The notes under the pieces are model-generated. The model did not search any database, was not told where the DNA came from, and worked only from the letters and a program-made list of their open reading frames with translations. DNA of 64,000 nucleotides from positions 51,344-115,343 of the forward strand of contig CALLQI010000011.1 of assembly GCA_938014885.1 (NCBI GenBank), given 5' to 3'. The DNA comes from an uncultured bacterium. GTDB lineage: Bacteria; Planctomycetota; UBA8742; UBA2392. Shown here in pieces: positions 17,321-27,135 of this stretch (position 1 is its first letter; each line of letters begins with the position of its first letter). Position numbers and translations under genes: made by a program.

Positions 17321-17403
17321 GCGAGGCGGGAGTCTTGAGGCGGGAGGCAGGAGAAACTGCCTGCGCGGCAAGCAGTTGACTCCAGCCTCCAAGCTCCAAG
17401 TCC
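17321..17403. repeat. Intercistronic imperfect palindrome: GGAG/GGGAG-rich arm, inner AACTGC...GCAGTT hairpin, then CTCC-rich arm.
   Basis: gcgaggcgggagtcttgaggcgggaggcaggag-aaactgcctgcgcggcaagcagtt-gactccagcctccaagctccaagtcc. It shares the core AAGCAGTT with the element at 22116-22187. Confidence 0.55.
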
Positions 17404-18590
17404 TAGAACTTCAACTTCTCGATGCGCTTGGCCGCTTCTTCGACTTCGGCCAATGGTGGCACGAACGCGAAGCGCACGTGGCCGGCGCCGGGGTTTTCGC
17501 CCCCCACTTCATCGCTGAGCCATTCGCCGGGTGTGGTCACCACGTGGCACTTTTCGATCAGCAGGGTCGCGAACTGTTCGCCGCTCATGCCGTCCGGGGC
17601 CTTCTGCCACAGGTACAGGCCGGCGGGGTTCGTGCACTTCTTCAGGCCCGCGGTCTTGAGTGCGGCCGTGATCAGGTTGCGCTTGCGCTTGACCAGCCGG
17701 CGCAGCTTGGCGACGTGCTTTTCGTCGGCCAATGCGGCAATCGCGGCATCCTGCACGAAGCTGGGTGTGCCGCTGTCGATGTTGGTCTTGACCTTCTTGA
17801 ACACGTCGATGATGCGCTTGTCGCCGGCGGCCCAGCCCACGCGCCAGCCAGTCATGATGCTGCGCTTGCTGAGGCTGTGGAACTGGACAATGCCGTCAAA
17901 GTTGTTGTCGCGGGCCACTTCCAGCGCGCTGTGGGGCGCATCCTTGGTGAAGTAGAGTTCCGAGTAGGCCTCATCGCTGGCCAAGATGATGTTGTGCTTC
18001 TGGCAGAACTCGTAGGCTTCTTTCAGGAAATCGAGCTCAGCCACGTAACCCAGCGGGCTTGATGGCGTGGTCACCCACATGATCTTGCTGTTTGCCGCAA
18101 CCTCAGTGGGGATCTTCTTGAAGTCATAGCGGCATTTGTTGCGGTGCGTGACCGGCACAAAGTAGGCCTTGCCTTCGGCGAACAGCGTGCCGCGCTTGTA
18201 GGGCGGATAGCCGGGGCTGGGGCAGATCACGTAGTCGCCGGGGTTCACGAAGCCTTCGGCAAAGTTGAAGATGCCTTCCTTGCTGCCGATCGTGCTGGTG
18301 ATCTGCGTTTTGGGATCAAGCGAAACGCCGAAGCGGCCCTTGAGCCAGTTGGCGACGGCCGTACGGAAAGTTGGCGCGCCGATGTAGCTGGGATAACCCG
18401 AGGCCGCCTGCGCATCGACCGCCTTCTTGCAGGCGTTGCGGATCAGCCGCGGGGTTTCGTCCTGGTAGTCGCCCACACCAAAGTCGATAGGCGTGATGCC
18501 CTTGGCCTTAAGCTCGGCCACTTTCTCATCAACAGCAGCAAAGGCGTAGGCGCCGATGGAGGAGACTCGGGAAGAGGGTTGTACGTTCAT
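17403..18590 (-). CDS. Class I/II PLP-dependent aminotransferase, LL-diaminopimelate aminotransferase (DapL)-like.
   Basis: 395-aa ORF: ...IGAYAFAAVDEKVAELKAKGITPIDFGVGDYQDETP...SLSKRSIMTGWRVGWAAG.... It has the aminotransferase fold motifs including the SxSK Lys. The DapL assignment is by resemblance. Confidence 0.88.
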   Translation of the reverse strand: MNVQPSSRVSSIGAYAFAAVDEKVAELKAKGITPIDFGVGDYQDETPRLIRNACKKAVDAQAASGYPSYIGAPTFRTAVANWLKGRFGVSLDPKTQITSTIGSKEGIFNFAEGFVNPGDYVICPSPGYPPYKRGTLFAEGKAYFVPVTHRNKCRYDFKKIPTEVAANSKIMWVTTPSSPLGYVAELDFLKEAYEFCQKHNIILASDEAYSELYFTKDAPHSALEVARDNNFDGIVQFHSLSKRSIMTGWRVGWAAGDKRIIDVFKKVKTNIDSGTPSFVQDAAIAALADEKHVAKLRRLVKRKRNLITAALKTAGLKKCTNPAGLYLWQKAPDGMSGEQFATLLIEKCHVVTTPGEWLSDEVGGENPGAGHVRFAFVPPLAEVEEAAKRIEKLKF

Positions 18591-18626
18591 GGTCAGTCCG
18601 TTTGCTTGGTCAGGTGATTGGAGTTA

Positions 18627-18650
18627 GGGGCTTGGGGTTAGGGGTCAGGG
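18627..18650. repeat. G-tract arm (GGGGCTTGGGGTTAGGGGTCAGGG) flanking the four-helix-bundle gene.
   Basis: Four G3-4 tracts. It is an inverted partner of the C-tract arm at 19096-19131. Confidence 0.7.
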
Positions 18651-18656
18651 AAGAAT

Positions 18657-19064
18657 TCAGACGCTTCCTGCCCGGGTTTTCTTTCCCTTTATCCTGCGCT
18701 CAAGCGCATTGATAAGGGCGTTCAGAAGTCGTCCGGTCTCATTCAGCACGCTCCAGATTGACTTGATGCGAGGCCGGGACAGGTACTTGCGACGCGCAGC
18801 AAGTTCAAGAAGCGTCAAACACTCAGCAATCGAGCCGCGCGCGATAAAGAGGTGCTTGATGTACACCTTGGTCGTACCCCCGGCATGTCCCTCTGCGATG
18901 TTCGACGGAATGGACACGGCGGCCGCTTCAAACTGACTTGCGAACCGGAGTTTGCGGCGCAGCGGATCCGTGTCGCACACCTCCAGCACTAGGTCTGCCG
19001 CCTCCATCCCTCTATGCCACACCTTCAGGTCCCGAAAGCTGTCGATCTTTCCGACTCCGGCCAT
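18657..19064 (-). CDS. Four-helix-bundle protein (23S rRNA intervening-sequence protein family).
   Basis: 135-aa ORF: ...FRDLKVWHRGMEAADLVLEVC...IPSNIAEGHAGGTTKVYIKHLFIARGSIAECLTLLELA... matches the family signature as I remember it. Confidence 0.85.
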   Translation of the reverse strand: MAGVGKIDSFRDLKVWHRGMEAADLVLEVCDTDPLRRKLRFASQFEAAAVSIPSNIAEGHAGGTTKVYIKHLFIARGSIAECLTLLELAARRKYLSRPRIKSIWSVLNETGRLLNALINALERRIKGKKTRAGSV

Positions 19065-19095
19065 GATTGACTCCCGGTGTCAGGCCACCCTACAG

Positions 19096-19131
19096 CCCTG
19101 AGTCCCCAAACCCCCAGCCCCAAGCCCCGCC
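19096..19131. repeat. C-tract arm (CCCTGAGTCCCCAAACCCCCAGCCCCAAGCCCCGCC), the inverted partner of 18627-18650.
   Basis: Its reverse complement GGCGGGGCTTGGGGCTGGGGGTTTGGGGACTCAGGG shares GGGGCTTGGGG and TCAGGG with the left arm. It lies directly after the gcvPB stop codon. Confidence 0.7.
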
Positions 19132-19132
19132 G

Positions 19133-20626
19133 CTAGGCAATGCACATCGGGCAGTACAGCTGCGGGTTGGTTGTTGCGGACTTTTCGTCCACTCGGCTTA
19201 CCGGTGTGGTGTGGGGCGCGTTCTTGACCAGCTCGGGGTTCTCTTTGCATTCCTGGGCGATCTTCTTCATCACCTCTACGAAGTAATCGAGCGTTTCTTT
19301 GCTCTCGGTTTCCGTGGGTTCGACCATCATCGCGCCGTCTCCGCCAGTTACTGCGGGCAGCGGGAAGTAGATGGTCATCGGGTGGATGTTGTAGTCGATC
19401 ATGCGCTTGGCGATGTCGAGCGCCGTGATGTCGTTCTCCGTGTGCTGCTTCTTGTCGGTGAACACCACTTCGTGCGCGCAGGCCTTGTCGTTCTGGATGT
19501 GGTACACGCCGCGCAGCCTGGCGCGCAGGTAGTTCGCGTTCAGGACCGCGTTTTCGCCGTTGCGGCGCACGCCTTCGCGACCGAGCTGCGACATGTAAAT
19601 GTACGCCATCACCAGCGCGCCGTAGTTGCCAAAGAAACTGCGTACCTTGCCGATGGTGTCCGGGCGCTTGGTATCGAGGCTGTAGCTGCCGTCGGCGTTA
19701 CGCACCGGCCGCGGCGTGGGCAGGAAAGGCTCGAGGTGTGAGGCCACCGCAATCGGGCCGGCTCCGGGGCCGCCGCTGCCGTGCGGCACGCTGTAGGTCT
19801 TGTGCAGGTTGAAGTGCATGCAATCAACGCCGTAGTCACCGGGGCGCACCATGCCCTGGATTGCGTTCATGTTCGCGCCGTCCATGTACAGCTGCGCGCC
19901 GGCCGCGTGCAGGATCTTGGCAATCTCGGCCATGTTGGGCTCAAGGATGCCGAGCGTGCTGGGGTTGGTGATCATCATCGCGGCAGTGTCGGGCCCGACC
20001 AGCGAACGCAACAGGTTCAGGTCCACGTTGCCTTCGGCGTTACCCTTCAGCGTCACGGTCTCAAAGCCAGCCAGCGCCGCGGTGGCCGGGTTGGTGCCGT
20101 GGGCGTTGTCGGGGATGATGACCTTGCGGCGGGTCTTGGATTCGCCCTTCTTGTCGAAGTAGGCCTTGATCACCATCAGCCCGGTCATCTCGCCCTGCGC
20201 GCCGGCCGCCGGCTGCAGCGTGACGGCGGGCAGGCCGCTGATTTCAGACAGCCAGTTCTCAAGCGTCACCATCAGCTCGATGTGGCCCTGCAGGTCGGCC
20301 TCGGGCAGGTGCGGGTGGGCCTTGGTGAAGCCGGGCAACGACAGCAGCGTGACGTTGATCTTGGGGTTGTACTTCATCGTGCACGACCCCAGCGGATAGA
20401 AGTTGCGGTCGGTGCTGAAGTTCTTCTTGCCCAGATTGGTGAAGTGGCGCACGAGGTCAAGCTCGCCGACTTCGGGCAGCGGTGCGGGCTTGGCGCGCAG
20501 CTTCACGCCCTTGAGTGCCTGCTTCACGTCAACCTTCGGCACGTCCAGCGCGGGAAGACGCAGGCAGCGGCGGCCGTCAGCTGAGACTTCGAAGAGCAGT
20601 TTGTCGGTGGGGTTGGTGATAGCCAT
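19133..20626 (-). CDS. gcvPB: Glycine dehydrogenase (decarboxylating) subunit 2.
   Basis: 497-aa ORF: ...YPLGSCTMKYNPK...HFNLHKTYSVPHGSGGPGAGPIAV.... It has the typical P-protein beta-subunit PLP Lys region. Confidence 0.95.
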   Translation of the reverse strand: MAITNPTDKLLFEVSADGRRCLRLPALDVPKVDVKQALKGVKLRAKPAPLPEVGELDLVRHFTNLGKKNFSTDRNFYPLGSCTMKYNPKINVTLLSLPGFTKAHPHLPEADLQGHIELMVTLENWLSEISGLPAVTLQPAAGAQGEMTGLMVIKAYFDKKGESKTRRKVIIPDNAHGTNPATAALAGFETVTLKGNAEGNVDLNLLRSLVGPDTAAMMITNPSTLGILEPNMAEIAKILHAAGAQLYMDGANMNAIQGMVRPGDYGVDCMHFNLHKTYSVPHGSGGPGAGPIAVASHLEPFLPTPRPVRNADGSYSLDTKRPDTIGKVRSFFGNYGALVMAYIYMSQLGREGVRRNGENAVLNANYLRARLRGVYHIQNDKACAHEVVFTDKKQHTENDITALDIAKRMIDYNIHPMTIYFPLPAVTGGDGAMMVEPTETESKETLDYFVEVMKKIAQECKENPELVKNAPHTTPVSRVDEKSATTNPQLYCPMCIA

Positions 20627-20692
20627 GGCAGGTGTTCCTGATGATGAGTGTCTACCCTTCGCTTGCGCTTCGGGCTCTTGATTTTCGGTCCG

Positions 20693-22093
<1,401 letters not shown>

Positions 22094-22115
22094 AGTGTCC
22101 CCTTCAAATTGAGTA

Positions 22116-22187
22116 GGGCTCGGGGCCTGGGGCATAGGGCCTTGGGAAAAGCAGTTCCCCAAACCCTGAGCCCCAAGCCCCAACCCC
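22116..22187. repeat. 'Empty' G-arm/loop/C-arm palindromic element between gcvH and gcvPA.
   Basis: GGGCTCGGGGCCTGGGGCATAGGGCCTTGGG-aaaagcagtt-CCCCAAACCCTGAGCCCCAAGCCCCAACCCC. The arms are 31 nt each, and about 22/31 positions are complementary by hand alignment. Confidence 0.7.
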
Positions 22188-22200
22188 GCGGCGAATCCGC

Positions 22201-22596
22201 TTAGTGCGCTTCTTCGGCCAGCTGCTTTTCGTAGTCGGCCGCGGACTTTGCGCTGTCGAGTTCTTTGGGGTTGTCGGGCTTGACCTTGATCAGCCAGCCG
22301 GCGCCGAAGGCGTCCTTCTTGAGGGCGCTGAAGTCGTCGCTGTCTACGTCGTCATGCACGGCCACGATCTTGCCGCTTACAGGGCTGATCAGGTCGCTGA
22401 CGGCCTTGACGCTTTCGATTTCACCGAAGGCCTCGCCCTTCTTTACCTTGTCGCCGACCTCAGGCAGGTCCACGAAGGTCAGGTCATTGAGCTGGTCCAC
22501 GGCGAAGTCGGTGATACCGATCGTCACGGTGCCGTCTTTCTCGAGGCGGCCCCATTCGTGGGACTCGAGGTATCGAACGTTGTCTGGTCGTGCCAT
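22201..22596 (-). CDS. gcvH: Glycine cleavage system H protein.
   Basis: MARPDNVRYLESHEWGRLEKDGTVTIGITDFAVDQL...GEAFGEIESVKAVSDLISPVSG... contains the lipoyl-Lys motif ESVKA. Confidence 0.95.
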   Translation of the reverse strand: MARPDNVRYLESHEWGRLEKDGTVTIGITDFAVDQLNDLTFVDLPEVGDKVKKGEAFGEIESVKAVSDLISPVSGKIVAVHDDVDSDDFSALKKDAFGAGWLIKVKPDNPKELDSAKSAADYEKQLAEEAH

Positions 22597-22645
22597 GGGA
22601 ATGTCCTTGTTCGTGAACTTGTTGCGCCCTGTTGCATGCAGCTGG

Positions 22646-23782
22646 CTACTTCTTGCCCGGCCGTGTGTAGAACGGCAGCGGCACCACCAGCGCCTTTTGC
22701 TGCATTTCATCGGGCTTCATGTTGCGTGTTCCCTTGCCCGGGAACTCAATCGTGAAGCTGTTGCCCACGTTGGCCATCGCCGCCGGCACAAACGCCGTCG
22801 CGATAATGTCATCCAGCCAAGGCGACTTCGTGCCGCTGGCGATTTTGCCCACGGGTTTGCCGTCTTTCAGCACCGCCTGGCCCTGGCGCGGAATGCGCTT
22901 GCCGGCGATGTTCAGGCCCACCAGCTTCTGCGCCAGGCCCTTTTCGCGCGCGTCCACCATCGGGCCCTTGCCGATGAAGTCAGCCTTCTCAAGCTTAACG
23001 GCCCAATCCAGCCCGGCCTCGAGCGGGTTGATGTTTTCTTCCAGCTCATGGCCGTACAGCGGCATCCCGGCCTCAAGGCGCAGGGTGTCGCGGCAGCCCA
23101 GGCCTGCGGGCCCGGCCCCGAGCGTGCTGCCGACATTCAGCAGCTCGCGCCAGAAGTGCGTGGCCTTGGCCGCGGGCATGATCAGTTCGAAGCCGTCTTC
23201 GCCGGTGTAACCGGTGCGTGAGACGATGGTGTCCACTTCGCCGAAAACGGTGCCGCGCGTGAAACGGTAGTACTTGAGGGCCTTGGTATCGACCGAGCTG
23301 ACCTTGTTCAGCAGGGCCACGCTTTCAGGGCCCTGCAGCGCGATCATGGCGTAGTCTTCGCTCATGTCCTTGATGTCGACGACGAAGCCTTTGCGTTCGC
23401 GCTCAAACCATGACCAGATCTTGGCGCGGTTGCCGGCGTTGACTACAAACATCGTGAACTCGTCGCCCGCGCTATAGACCAGCACGTCATCCAGCACGCC
23501 GCCCAGCCCGTTGCACACCAGGCTGTAGCGGATCTGGCCGGGCTTCATGGATGCTCGGTCGTTGGTGATGACCTTGTCGGTGAACTTGATGTGGTCGCGC
23601 CCGCCGATCCAGAACCGGCCCATGTGGCTGACGTCGAACAACCCCACCTTGGTGCGCACGCGACGGTGCTCTTCCATGATGTTGGTGTAGGTCACGGGCA
23701 TGTACCAGCCCGCGAAATCAACCATGCGGGCACCAAGCTTTACGTGCTCGTCCTTCAGTGGTGTTTCCAGCGGTTTTGACAC
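22646..23782 (-). CDS. gcvT: Glycine cleavage system T protein (aminomethyltransferase).
   Basis: (GTG)SKPLETPLKDEHVKLGARMVDFAGWYMPVTYTNIMEEHRRVRTKVGLFDVSHMGRF.... GGAGGGAGG lies upstream of the start. Confidence 0.95.
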   Translation of the reverse strand: MSKPLETPLKDEHVKLGARMVDFAGWYMPVTYTNIMEEHRRVRTKVGLFDVSHMGRFWIGGRDHIKFTDKVITNDRASMKPGQIRYSLVCNGLGGVLDDVLVYSAGDEFTMFVVNAGNRAKIWSWFERERKGFVVDIKDMSEDYAMIALQGPESVALLNKVSSVDTKALKYYRFTRGTVFGEVDTIVSRTGYTGEDGFELIMPAAKATHFWRELLNVGSTLGAGPAGLGCRDTLRLEAGMPLYGHELEENINPLEAGLDWAVKLEKADFIGKGPMVDAREKGLAQKLVGLNIAGKRIPRQGQAVLKDGKPVGKIASGTKSPWLDDIIATAFVPAAMANVGNSFTIEFPGKGTRNMKPDEMQQKALVVPLPFYTRPGKK

Positions 23783-23857
23783 GCGGGCCTCCCTCCGTGC
23801 GGGGGTGATTGGTTTTGCCTAGCGCCTGCCCCTTCGTCAACGCCTTCGGCACGGCGG

Positions 23858-25972
23858 CTATTCGGGGTCTTTCACCTTGTTCAAAACCTCGCTGGGACGA
23901 CGGAAGATCTTTGTGAACTGCCCCACCGGCAGGGCCTCAGGACCCGTGCCTGTGTCCAGGTAGACCAGCGAGTCGCGAATCTGCTCAAGCGACCCTACCA
24001 GATACAGCACGTCGGTGTCCTGAAGGGGTTCACTGGGCCGGGGGTTATCGACCACCTTGCCAGCCCGCCCCAGTGCAATGACGCTGGAACCGCAAACTGT
24101 GCGCAAACGCAGGTCCGCCAGTGACTTGCCGCGCGCGAAGCTGGCTTCGCTGATCTGGTAGCTTTCGATCTTCATGGCAGCCAACGCGCCGAATTCGGCC
24201 AGTTTGGCGCGCGGCAACGTGGCGCTGCGGGCGCTGTTCTGGGTCTGTTCGCGCACGAGGGCCACTTCACGGTCAATCACATTGCGGGGCACGTCCATCA
24301 GACGCAGCACGCGCGCCATGATCTCGACGGCGCTTTCCAGCTCGGCACTCACCACGTCCGTCGCGCCCTGTTTCATCAGGGCCGCCTGCTCAGCCACGAA
24401 GCGTGCCCGCACCAGCAGCGGCACCGTGGGCGCCACGCGCTTGAGTGTGTCTATCGCGCGCTGTGCGGCGCCGGGGTCATTGATCGTGAGCACAAAGGCC
24501 CGCGCGTGTTCGGCATGGGCATGGTGCAGCGCTTCTTCACTGGTGACGTCAGCATAAAACGCTGTCTCGCCTGCCTTGCGCGCTTCGGCCACGCTTTCGG
24601 CGTTCATGTCCAGGATCACGTACTGCACCCCCACCACCTTCAGCGCCGAGGCGATCATGCGGCCGCTGACACCGTAACCCGCAATCACAATGTGGCCCTG
24701 GATGTGTTCGGCCGCCTTGCCCTCATCCATGTCACGCACACCCAGCAGGCGTTCCAGCGGGCGCAACAGGCGCGCACCGGCCGCAAGCTGGGGACTGAAG
24801 CGCAGCACGAGCGGGGTCACGAACATGGTGATCAGGGCTGCGGCCCAAAGCCAGCGGCCTTCGCCCTGGGCGTCAAACAGCGGGGTCTCAAGGCTGGCGG
24901 CGGTGTTCAGCAACACGAAGCCGAACTCGCCGAACTGGGCCAGGCCAAAACCGGCGACAATGGCGGCGCGGGGCGGAAAGCGCATGAACATCGCGGCGAT
25001 GGTGGCCAGCAGCGCCTTGCCAAAAAAGATCGCCAGGAACATCGCGCCCACGATCAGCGGACCGTCTACCAGTGCGCGCCAGTCAAACATCATGCCCAAT
25101 GAAATGAAGAACAGCCCTGTCAGCACGTCGCGCAGGGGCGTCACTTCCGTAAGCGCGCGTGTGGCAAAGGGTGAATCCGCGATCACGATCCCCGCAAGGA
25201 ATGCCCCCAGTGCCAGGCTGAGGCCGGCATAGCCGGTGGCCAGCGCAATCGCGATACAGATCGACAGGATCGCCAGCGTGAAGCTCTCGCGGCTGCGGGT
25301 TTTGTCCACGCGGCGCAGTAGAAACGGCAGCACCAGCCTCGAAACCAGGTACATGCCCACCATAGCCGCCGCAGCGAGCCCAAGGCTGACGCCAATTTTG
25401 CCCGCGATGTCGCCAAAGCTGTCGTTGCCGCTTCCGCCAAGCACGGGCAGCACCAGCATCATCGGGATCACGCACAGGTCCTGGAACAGCAGCGTGCCCA
25501 CGATGAAGCGGCCGTGCGGGGCGTCGATTTCGCCACGATCCGAAAGGCCGCGCAGCACAATCGCCGTGCTGGAAAGGGCCACCGCAAAGCCCACCGGCAC
25601 CGCGTACTTGAACTCAAGCCCGACCAGCATGCTGACGCCGATCACGGCCGCACTGGTGAGCCCGACCTGAAGCGTGCCGCCGATGGCCAGCGGTTTGCCG
25701 ATCTTGAGGAAGCGCGAAAGCGGAAACTCAAGGCCGATCGTAAACAGCAGCAACACCACGCCTACTTCGGCCAATGTGTCGATGGTGGCCTTCTCGCCCA
25801 CCAACTGAAAGCCGTACGGACCGCAGATCGCGCCGGCCAGCAGCAGCCCGGTGACGGCAGGCAGCCGCAGCGTCGCCATCAGGATTGAGGCCACAACGCC
25901 GGCACCCAGCACGACGCCAATGTCGATCAGGAACTGGAAGTGGGAAAGGTCGGAACTTGCAAGCACAGACAT
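23858..25972 (-). CDS. CPA2-family cation:proton antiporter with C-terminal RCK (TrkA-N/TrkA-C) domains, Kef-like.
   Basis: 704-aa ORF with about 12 TM helices, followed by ...HIVIAGYGVSGRMIASAL... (Rossmann GxGxxG) and a TrkA-C-like tail. Confidence 0.88.
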   Translation of the reverse strand: MSVLASSDLSHFQFLIDIGVVLGAGVVASILMATLRLPAVTGLLLAGAICGPYGFQLVGEKATIDTLAEVGVVLLLFTIGLEFPLSRFLKIGKPLAIGGTLQVGLTSAAVIGVSMLVGLEFKYAVPVGFAVALSSTAIVLRGLSDRGEIDAPHGRFIVGTLLFQDLCVIPMMLVLPVLGGSGNDSFGDIAGKIGVSLGLAAAAMVGMYLVSRLVLPFLLRRVDKTRSRESFTLAILSICIAIALATGYAGLSLALGAFLAGIVIADSPFATRALTEVTPLRDVLTGLFFISLGMMFDWRALVDGPLIVGAMFLAIFFGKALLATIAAMFMRFPPRAAIVAGFGLAQFGEFGFVLLNTAASLETPLFDAQGEGRWLWAAALITMFVTPLVLRFSPQLAAGARLLRPLERLLGVRDMDEGKAAEHIQGHIVIAGYGVSGRMIASALKVVGVQYVILDMNAESVAEARKAGETAFYADVTSEEALHHAHAEHARAFVLTINDPGAAQRAIDTLKRVAPTVPLLVRARFVAEQAALMKQGATDVVSAELESAVEIMARVLRLMDVPRNVIDREVALVREQTQNSARSATLPRAKLAEFGALAAMKIESYQISEASFARGKSLADLRLRTVCGSSVIALGRAGKVVDNPRPSEPLQDTDVLYLVGSLEQIRDSLVYLDTGTGPEALPVGQFTKIFRRPSEVLNKVKDPE

Positions 25973-26053
25973 GGGCGGGGCTCAGCGGACGCCTATCTAT
26001 AGACGCCTGCCCGTCGCTTGTCACTTGGTGGAAAAATCCGGGCCGCGAAAACA

Positions 26054-27037
26054 TCAGCTCAGCAGCAGCATGCCCAGGTTGAAGTAAATCGCGAGTGTCG
26101 CCAGGTCGGCCATAGCAAGAGTCAGCGGGCCGGCGGCCACGCGCGGATCAAGCTTCAGCGCGTGCAGGGTCGAGGGCACAGCCAAGCCCACGAAGCCTGC
26201 TGACAGCAGCGCGCCCACAATGCTTCCGCCGATTGCGACGGCCGCAAACAGGTCGCGGTGCCACGCGTATACGATGCCGGCCACAATGGTGCCGCAAGCC
26301 AGCCCAAGGCCCCCCACCACGGCCAGCTCGCGCGTGACCGTGCGGCCGAACCAAGCCAGCGTCGGGCGCTCAGACCGCAGTTTCTGGATTGCCAGCGTCA
26401 TCGACTGTGTGCCGACACTTTCACCAAGGCCCAGCACCAGTGTGATAAAGAAAGCGAGCACAATGCTTTGAGCCAGCGTCACCTCGTACATGCCCGCCAG
26501 CAGCGCGCATGCGGTGCCGCTTGCAATGGTGGCCAGCAGCCACGGGAAGCGCAGCCGGAATGCCTTTGCCGGCGAAGCTTCGCTGGTGTCCTTGATGCGA
26601 AGACCGATTGCTTCAAAGACCGTGTCGAAGTTGCGGCGCTCAGCCAGGTCCAGCACTTCGTCGTGGAAATTGTTGACGTCGATGACGCCCATCAAGTGAT
26701 TCTCGCGGTCTACCACCGGAATCGCGAGAAAGCGGTGCATGACGAACAGTTCGTAGGCTGCCTCGAGCGGCATGTCGGGGCGCACGGTGACCATCTTGCG
26801 GACCATCAGCTCAGCAATGCGAGTGGTGGGTACGGCCAGCAGCAGGCGTCGTGTGGGCACCACGCCCGTCAGCTTGCCGTCAGCATCCACGACGTAGAAA
26901 TACAGGATGCGTTCACCGACGCCCGTCGTCCGCACGTGTTCCAGCGCGTCGCTGACAGTCCACTCTTCCTTCAGGCGGACGACGTCGCGGTGCAGATAGT
27001 GTTCAACTGTCTGGTCCTTGGTGGCGGTTTCGATCAT
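26054..27037 (-). CDS. mgtE: MgtE-type magnesium transporter, short form (CBS pair plus TM domain, no MgtE_N domain).
   Basis: CBS-like ...ELMVRKMVTVRPDMPLEAAYELFVMHRFLAIPVVDRENHLMGVIDV... is followed by five hydrophobic helices ending ...PLTLAMADLATLAIYFNLGMLLLS. Confidence 0.82.
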   Translation of the reverse strand: MIETATKDQTVEHYLHRDVVRLKEEWTVSDALEHVRTTGVGERILYFYVVDADGKLTGVVPTRRLLLAVPTTRIAELMVRKMVTVRPDMPLEAAYELFVMHRFLAIPVVDRENHLMGVIDVNNFHDEVLDLAERRNFDTVFEAIGLRIKDTSEASPAKAFRLRFPWLLATIASGTACALLAGMYEVTLAQSIVLAFFITLVLGLGESVGTQSMTLAIQKLRSERPTLAWFGRTVTRELAVVGGLGLACGTIVAGIVYAWHRDLFAAVAIGGSIVGALLSAGFVGLAVPSTLHALKLDPRVAAGPLTLAMADLATLAIYFNLGMLLLS

Positions 27038-27135
27038 GTGCGGCTTTCCGTTGCTGGCGCGACAAGATAGCGACGCGACATCTCAACGTCGCCGGTTCAG
27101 CGCCACCCGGGACAGAAAAGTTAGTCAGTGCTAGA

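Noticed and set aside
23783-23857. Glycine riboswitch upstream of gcvT. The minus-sense sequence contains GACGAAGGGGCAGG and CUAGGCAAAAC, which resemble conserved riboswitch segments.
   Set aside because: Only 75 nt separate gcvT from the upstream gene. I could not find the CUCUGGAGAG-type P1/P2 segment or a complete aptamer fold, so the resemblance is partial. An Infernal scan with RF00504 would settle it.
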